Below are positions 16,775 to 21,876 of a stretch of 21,876 bases of DNA, piece after piece. This DNA is from an uncultured bacterium (GTDB lineage: Bacteria; Armatimonadota; Hebobacteria; CAYNSX01): contig CAYNSX010000040.1 of NCBI GenBank assembly GCA_964400165.1, positions 1-21,876 on the forward strand, in the 5' to 3' direction. Within the stretch, counting starts at the first letter, position 1, and the number at the start of each line of letters is the position of its first letter. Made by a program: the position numbers and the translations under genes. The notes beneath the pieces were generated by a model that had not been told where the DNA came from, did no database searches, and saw nothing but the letters and a program-made list of their open reading frames with translations.

Positions 16775-16822
16775 CCCTCTCCGCTAGTCGGAGAGGGGGC
16801 AAGGGGGAGAGGGCTAAAGTGG
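16775..16822. repeat. Hairpin repeat (ccccctctcc-gctagtc-ggagaggggg, then caagggggagaggg) between the stop of the large surface-protein gene and the rpe start
   Basis: It has a 10-bp perfect stem and belongs to the same family as 15371-15428 and 16064-16087. Confidence 0.7.
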
Positions 16823-19800
16823 CAACTGCGCTGCGCGCGTGATGAAGACTGCCATTTGCGCGCGGGTGACGATGTTGCCCGGGCGGTAGGTGCTGTCTCC
16901 GAACCCCGAGGCGATCCCCTTGGCTTTCACATACTCGATGAACTTGTACGACGCGTGCGAGCAGGCGACATCGGGGAAGGACTCGCTGCCGCAGGCCGGC
17001 GGGGCAAAGGCGGCGAAGTCGCCGTCCGCGAGATTGCGAACCCGCGACAAGAACACTGCCATCGCCCCGCGATTCACCGTGTTCCCTGGCTTGTATGTTC
17101 CATCAGCAAATCCCGACGCGATCCCCTTCGCCGCGACATACTCGATGAACTTGTAGGTCGGGTGGGTGCAGTCCACATCACTGAAGGACCCGCTGCCGCA
17201 GACCGGCGGGGTGAACGACGCGAAGTCGCCGAGTTCGAGATCCGTGGTGCGGCTCATAAACACCGCCATCTGGCCGCGGTTCACATCATTGGCCGGCCGG
17301 TAGGTGCCGTCGGGGAATCCACTGGCGATGCCGTTGCGCGCCACGGCTTCGACGAAGCGCCAGGCGAAGTGGGTACAGGGGACATCCGGGAAAGTCTGAT
17401 TCCGAACATTAACAGTCACCGCGGGGCTCATTGGACCCGGATTGCCGCGATCGTCCGTCGACCGGGCAGTGAGTGCAACTGCATCCTCACTACACAGCGA
17501 CAGCGTCGACCAGTGCACGGTCCACAGGCCGTCCGAATCGGGGCCGTCGGAGTCAACTCCCAAGGACACACCATTCATGAAGAATTCTACCGACTTCGTC
17601 GCATACGTATAGTCGGTTGCCCGCGCTGCGACTTTCACGAAGCCTTTGATCGCTTGCCCGGCCAAGGGCAGAACCACTGTGGCGTCCGGTGGTCTGAGAA
17701 GAAAGACGTGGATCGTGGTTGAACCGTCCGCATTTGCTGCAAGTACGTCAATTCGAAGACCAAATCGCGGATCACTGAAATTCGTGCCGGGCCGCCAAAT
17801 CGCATTAGATAGCGTGTCGTCGGAGGGTGTCGAATCAACTGGCTTTCGTGCCCAGTCACTTAGATTCTTATCCCAGATGTGAATCAGTACTCCCTGCAAG
17901 GGGTAGGAACGAAGGCACTCATCGTGCCCTTCGGGAGCACGAACTTCGATGCTATAGGCCCACCTGTCATCCGGCATGTCAAGTAGGACTGCCCGAAGTC
18001 CGTTTTCTCGTGTGGTGGGAAAAATAGTGAAGTTGTCATCTACCCCTTTGGTGGACTTCGCACCATCCCTTCCCATCCAACCTGCCTCAAACTTGTTGAA
18101 TGCGATCGTATGCGGACCGTTGGCGCAACCCCCGCTTATTACGTCGAAAGGGCTGTCGTATGGCCAATAAACATTGCCCGAATGCCACCACCCAAGATTA
18201 TGTCCGAACTCATGCGATGCCACAAATGTGCTCTGGGCTCCTCTGAGAAGCCAACTGACAGAAATGAAGCGCTGGCCGTATGGAGTTTGCGCGCCGAAGA
18301 AACCCAAGGAACCAAAAGCAGCGTTTACACCATCAAAGTCGTCTATCAGTAGGAAGACTCTATCGAAGTTCTCTACGCGAACACCTGCAGCGTCGGCCAC
18401 TGCAAGTGCGTCTGCTAGCCACAGTCCCGAGTCGTAACCAGCATTTCCCTGTAAGTAGTAATCCTTCTCGGGCCTTGGGAGGGCCAACCACCCGACTACG
18501 CTCCCTCCCACCTGAAGCATCCCGTAAGAGTTTTCCTCCCATTCTGTCTTCATCGAAGGGAATTGTCCCAACAAGAAACTCTCCATTCCCGATCGACTTG
18601 GAAGAGGGCTGCGGAACTGGCCGTTCCCAACTCCCGGATGAAGAACTACGGTTCCTCGTCCTGCCCCGCTACCCCCCGTAACGACGATATCCTCATTCAA
18701 GTCTCCGTCCAGGTCCACCGCGATACTTGCCCAGGCGACCGTGCCCTCGTTTGCCATGAAGTCTCCACGGAACACAAAGGAACCATCAGGTGACCCCTGC
18801 AACACGTTCCCGTGTATTAAGCCAAACACCACTAAGTCCTTTTGACCATCTTGGTTGGTGTCTAACGCCACAAGATGTTCAGGACCTCCGAAGACCACAT
18901 CTCCCGAAGGAAATCTTCTTTGGGCCGACAATGCACCATCGCCTATGCCCATTAGAACTGACACATCTCCCGAGCCCTCGTTGGCCACCGCGATGTCAAT
19001 TATGGAATCTCCATTCAGGTCAGCCGCAACAACAAAGTTAGGGACCTCGCCTGCGGCGAATCGTGTTTCAGATGCGAAGCCGCCGAAGCTCTGAAGAACA
19101 ACCGAGATATCGTCGCTTCCCGAGTTAGCGACGACTAGGTCAATCTCTCCGTCTCCGTTCAGATCCGATGTCGCAATCGAAACTGGGTTATCACCGACAG
19201 GCAGCTGATAGGAGGGATTGAAAGTGCCGTTGCCAACTCCGGTAAGCAGCGAGATGTGATCCTGTTGGGGATTTGCCACGACAAGATCCAGTATTCCGTC
19301 CGAATTCAAGTCCGCACATTGTATCGATTGAGGTGCTGCTCCTGCTGAATAGCGAACCTGCTGCGCGAACGCTCCGTCGCCGAGCCCCAACAATACCGAA
19401 ATGTCCGCCGCGCCTGTGTTTGCGACTGCTATGTCCATATTGCCGTCGCCATCGAAATCCCCTACTGTCACCGATCGAGGCAAGAAGCCAGCAGGGAAGC
19501 GGGTTTCTTCCTCAAAGAATCCTCCTCCTCTGCCCAGCAGAACGGACACATCGCTCGAGGAGAGGTTGGCTGTCACCAAATCCAAGACGCCATCGTGATT
19601 GAGGTCACCGGTGGAAAGTCCGTATGGCGAATCTCCTACCCGCATTGAAGATCCGCCTTCCGGGTGATCAGCAAAGTGCGCGAGCAGGGCAACCACGTGC
19701 TGCGGTCCAGTGCGCGTGTCGGCCACTCGAATGCCGGCTACTATCCGTGCCGCTGTTTCGAACCGAAGCTTCTGAACATGAATGACGTCCCCATCACGTA

Positions 19801-20110
19801 TCCCAATCACAGAGAGCACGCGCCCACTCAAATTCAAGCGAGGTGGGTAGACAAAGTCCAGCCAGTAGGTGGCGGAGTCAGTTTCGAGGAACCATCGAAC
19901 GCTTGGCCGACTTTGTGGCTCTGAAGCCTCAACGACAATCCCGCGGCCAATTCCCTGTACCGTAAACAAATCTGCCGTTCTCAAACTTGTGGAACCGTTT
20001 GACTGCCCTGTGCGAAGCCCGGCGAGAGCAATGACAAGAAAGACGGCCTTGAACTTACGAAGCCTTCTTGCAGACTGAGAGGTCATGCGTCCGATTTTCG
20101 TTGTTCCCAA
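16814..20110 (-). CDS. Large secreted, S-layer-anchored protein. It has a signal peptide, 7 FG-GAP/integrin-alpha-like beta-propeller repeats, a metzincin-type zinc-metalloprotease motif HEFGHNLGWWHS, Ig-like domain(s) and 3 C-terminal SLH domains. The ORF-track start is TTG 20110; ATG 20086 is the alternative.
   Basis: The propeller repeats read DLNHDGVLDLVTAN, DFDGDGNMDIAVAN, DLNSDGILDLVVAN, DLNGDGEIDLVVAN, DLNGDSIIDIAVAN and so on. HEXXHXXGXXH followed by S lies at nt 18182-18214. There are three ~60-aa SLH repeats (FPDV.C.H..YKFIEYV.AKGIASGF.DGTY.P...V.R..MAVF), and they end at TRAQMAVFITR. The signal peptide is MTSQSARRLRKFKAVFLVIALAGL. Confidence 0.85.
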   Translation of the reverse strand: MGTTKIGRMTSQSARRLRKFKAVFLVIALAGLRTGQSNGSTSLRTADLFTVQGIGRGIVVEASEPQSRPSVRWFLETDSATYWLDFVYPPRLNLSGRVLSVIGIRDGDVIHVQKLRFETAARIVAGIRVADTRTGPQHVVALLAHFADHPEGGSSMRVGDSPYGLSTGDLNHDGVLDLVTANLSSSDVSVLLGRGGGFFEEETRFPAGFLPRSVTVGDFDGDGNMDIAVANTGAADISVLLGLGDGAFAQQVRYSAGAAPQSIQCADLNSDGILDLVVANPQQDHISLLTGVGNGTFNPSYQLPVGDNPVSIATSDLNGDGEIDLVVANSGSDDISVVLQSFGGFASETRFAAGEVPNFVVAADLNGDSIIDIAVANEGSGDVSVLMGIGDGALSAQRRFPSGDVVFGGPEHLVALDTNQDGQKDLVVFGLIHGNVLQGSPDGSFVFRGDFMANEGTVAWASIAVDLDGDLNEDIVVTGGSGAGRGTVVLHPGVGNGQFRSPLPSRSGMESFLLGQFPSMKTEWEENSYGMLQVGGSVVGWLALPRPEKDYYLQGNAGYDSGLWLADALAVADAAGVRVENFDRVFLLIDDFDGVNAAFGSLGFFGAQTPYGQRFISVSWLLRGAQSTFVASHEFGHNLGWWHSGNVYWPYDSPFDVISGGCANGPHTIAFNKFEAGWMGRDGAKSTKGVDDNFTIFPTTRENGLRAVLLDMPDDRWAYSIEVRAPEGHDECLRSYPLQGVLIHIWDKNLSDWARKPVDSTPSDDTLSNAIWRPGTNFSDPRFGLRIDVLAANADGSTTIHVFLLRPPDATVVLPLAGQAIKGFVKVAARATDYTYATKSVEFFMNGVSLGVDSDGPDSDGLWTVHWSTLSLCSEDAVALTARSTDDRGNPGPMSPAVTVNVRNQTFPDVPCTHFAWRFVEAVARNGIASGFPDGTYRPANDVNRGQMAVFMSRTTDLELGDFASFTPPVCGSGSFSDVDCTHPTYKFIEYVAAKGIASGFADGTYKPGNTVNRGAMAVFLSRVRNLADGDFAAFAPPACGSESFPDVACSHASYKFIEYVKAKGIASGFGDSTYRPGNIVTRAQMAVFITRAAQLPL

Positions 20111-20185
20111 ATCCTTGTTGCGAGATTCTAGACCGTTTTGTCATCTCCTTTCAGTAAATCTACTTAGGTACTAATTGCGGCCCTG
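20111..20185 (-). promoter_or_regulatory. AT-rich 75-nt intergenic region upstream of the surface-protein gene. It is its likely promoter region (a TAGAAT -10-like hexamer lies 14 nt before the TTG).
   Basis: Composition drops sharply here, and this is the only AT-rich intergenic stretch in the window. No canonical -35 was found. Confidence 0.3.
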
Positions 20186-21876
20186 TTACCCCAGCCTCAC
20201 CACCGCATGCTGCCCTTCCGTCCCTTCCAGCGCTTCCGTCAGGCGCGACACCAGATCGAGGCCACTTGCCCCGTGCCAGGGGCCGGGGTGCCGCGCCAGG
20301 AACGAGACGGCGCACAGCGAGCGCTCCTGCGGCGCGCCGTTCGGAAAAAGGGCGGCCTGCGTCTGGCGCAGGCGGCGGACCGCGGCGACATCGTGCTGGG
20401 CGCGGGCGGCCAGCGCCTTCTCTTGCAGGCGCGCCAGGTCGGCGTCGAACTTCTCCCGCAACTTCGCCGCCGGCGTCGCCAGCGTCGGGTCGGCGGCAGA
20501 ACTTGCCGCGGCGACGCGCCCCGCCGCCTCCCCCACGACTTTGCGCGCCTCCTCGAATACTTCCACCAGTCCGCCCGCGCTTGCCCTTCCCGCCCCTCGA
20601 CCCTGCTCGGGGTGGCCCTCGGCCATGCCTCGGCCCACCAGCGCCGCGATTCCTTGCTCATCCTTCTTGTGCAAGTCCCACGGCGTGATGCGCAGGTCGG
20701 CCAGCAGCCGTGCTTGAGAACCCTCGACCAGCGTCGCCGACGCCCGCGGCAGCACCACCGGCGCTGTGAGTTCCGCCGCCCCGTACGCCCCCCGCAATTG
20801 CCCGAGATAGACCAGTTCATGCGGCCCGGCGGCGTAGGCGACCGTCGGCAGCAGCGTGTCCTGCGCCAGCACTCGCAGCGACGCCGTCGTCAGGAACCGC
20901 TCCGGGTGCGCGTCGAGCAGCGCCAGCAGCGCCGCCTTCGTCAGGGTCTCCTCGCCGGCGCGAAAGCCATCCTTAGTGACCAGCACCGGCTCGCGGGAAC
21001 CGTCGGCGAGCGCAAACCCGGTGTGGTCCTCGCGCGGGTGCAGCGTCGGCGCATAGCCGGCGGCGCGCATCCGGTCGTACGCGGCCCGCACCAGCGCTCC
21101 CGGCCACTCCGGCTCCTCGATCGCCCGCCGGAACACCGGCTTCAGTAGCGCCTTGATGCGCGGGTCGAGCGGGTCGAGCATCACCAGCCCGTCGGCGGCG
21201 AACAGCCGCGACATCAGCGCGGCGAACCATCCGCCGAGCGTCCGCCAGCGCGTGCCCTCGCCGTCGCGCAGCGCGGCGAAGAGGGCGGGCTTGAACTCGC
21301 TGTCGGGCAGCGCCACGTCGAGCGCGGCGAAGACCTCGTCGGCGGCGACCGGGAACTGCCCCACCGGCCGCCCCGTCCACTCGTCGCCGAGCGGGAGCGT
21401 GATGCGCGCCGGCGCGCCCTGGCGGTCGAGCACGACGGCGTGATCCACCTCGGCGCGGTCGCTGTCCTCGCTGCCGACCCAGAAGACCGGCACGACGGGC
21501 CGCCCGGTGTCGGCGGCGAGCCGCCGCGCCAGCGTGACGACGCTGATGGCCTTGTAGATGGTGAACAGCGGGCCGGTGAGCAGGCCGGGCTGCTGGCCGG
21601 TGACGACCGCCACCGTGGGAGAGTCCGCCAGCCGCCGGGCGTTCTCAATCGCCCGGGCGCCGGCGCCAATGCGCTCTTGCTGCGCCACCAGTGCCGCCGA
21701 TACCTCGGCGCGCGGCGCCCGCCCGGGCTCGGCGGCGATGCGCTCCGCAATCGCCGCCGCGGCGGCGAGCGTCGGGGGGTGCTGGAAGAAACTCCGTGCT
21801 TCCCCCGCCCCGCTTAGGTAGTCGCTCAACAAGACATTGCGACCGAGCGCCCGCTCGAGCGGGACGAAGTCGCGGG
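20186..21876 (-). CDS. bshC: Bacillithiol biosynthesis cysteine-adding enzyme BshC. Its 5' end probably lies at or just beyond the right edge of the window.
   Basis: VVTGQQPGLLTGPLFTIYKAISVV is the BshC hallmark. The ORF-track TTG at 21832 gives an N-terminus ~11 residues shorter than B. subtilis BshC. The frame stays open to 21876, and the upstream residues (GRNVLLSDYLSG) align with Bsu NQNVFVQHYIDG. Confidence 0.85.
   Translation of the reverse strand, partial: RDFVPLERALGRNVLLSDYLSGAGEARSFFQHPPTLAAAAAIAERIAAEPGRAPRAEVSAALVAQQERIGAGARAIENARRLADSPTVAVVTGQQPGLLTGPLFTIYKAISVVTLARRLAADTGRPVVPVFWVGSEDSDRAEVDHAVVLDRQGAPARITLPLGDEWTGRPVGQFPVAADEVFAALDVALPDSEFKPALFAALRDGEGTRWRTLGGWFAALMSRLFAADGLVMLDPLDPRIKALLKPVFRRAIEEPEWPGALVRAAYDRMRAAGYAPTLHPREDHTGFALADGSREPVLVTKDGFRAGEETLTKAALLALLDAHPERFLTTASLRVLAQDTLLPTVAYAAGPHELVYLGQLRGAYGAAELTAPVVLPRASATLVEGSQARLLADLRITPWDLHKKDEQGIAALVGRGMAEGHPEQGRGAGRASAGGLVEVFEEARKVVGEAAGRVAAASSAADPTLATPAAKLREKFDADLARLQEKALAARAQHDVAAVRRLRQTQAALFPNGAPQERSLCAVSFLARHPGPWHGASGLDLVSRLTEALEGTEGQHAVVRLG

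Noticed and set aside
16746-16802. N-terminal extension of rpe (MPPLRLAERGRHKGDSIES)
   Set aside because: It is encoded by the hairpin repeat at 16775-16822. Rpe homology begins at the Met at 16745.
20207-21148. 313-aa and other plus-strand ORFs opposite bshC
   Set aside because: They are antisense to a clearly homologous BshC frame and have extreme Arg/Gln/Pro composition.

Overview
This is a high-GC (~70%) bacterial chromosomal window, tightly packed with housekeeping genes whose ends often overlap by 1-4 nt. Minus strand from the left edge: priA (its 3' end runs off the window), metK, coaBC, gmk, an 80-aa ORF, and a zinc-ribbon/TM membrane protein. At ~5.82-5.89 kb lies a back-to-back divergent promoter pair. 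Plus strand: secD, secF, rel (bifunctional RelA/SpoT), cysK. Then minus strand again: a 66-aa zinc-ribbon ORF, floT (flotillin), nfeD, rpe, a 1098-aa surface protein (SLH-anchored, FG-GAP beta-propeller plus metzincin-type HEXXHXXGXXH motif), and bshC (its 5' end probably runs off the right edge). The things worth a second look are listed here. (1) A 1.1-kb gene-free block (14940-16073) is made almost entirely of a mosaic family of CCCTCTCCC/GGGAGAGGG hairpin repeats and perfect palindromes; copies of the same family sit after rel and before rpe and supply the last codons and stop of rpe. (2) A ~50-bp direct duplication of the rel 3' end flanks a 159-bp insert built from these repeats. (3) A second repeat family (GTGTCACGGGAAA ... 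CCCGTGACAC) occurs in exactly three intergenic spots: upstream of rel, and directly flanking the small zinc-ribbon ORF. (4) The PriA Walker A and DEEH motifs are destroyed, so it is a candidate pseudohelicase. (5) A ~2.8-kb low-GC (~45-50%) island covers the promoter, propeller and protease part of the surface protein and ends exactly where its three native-GC SLH domains begin. No rRNA, tRNA or CRISPR array could be supported.
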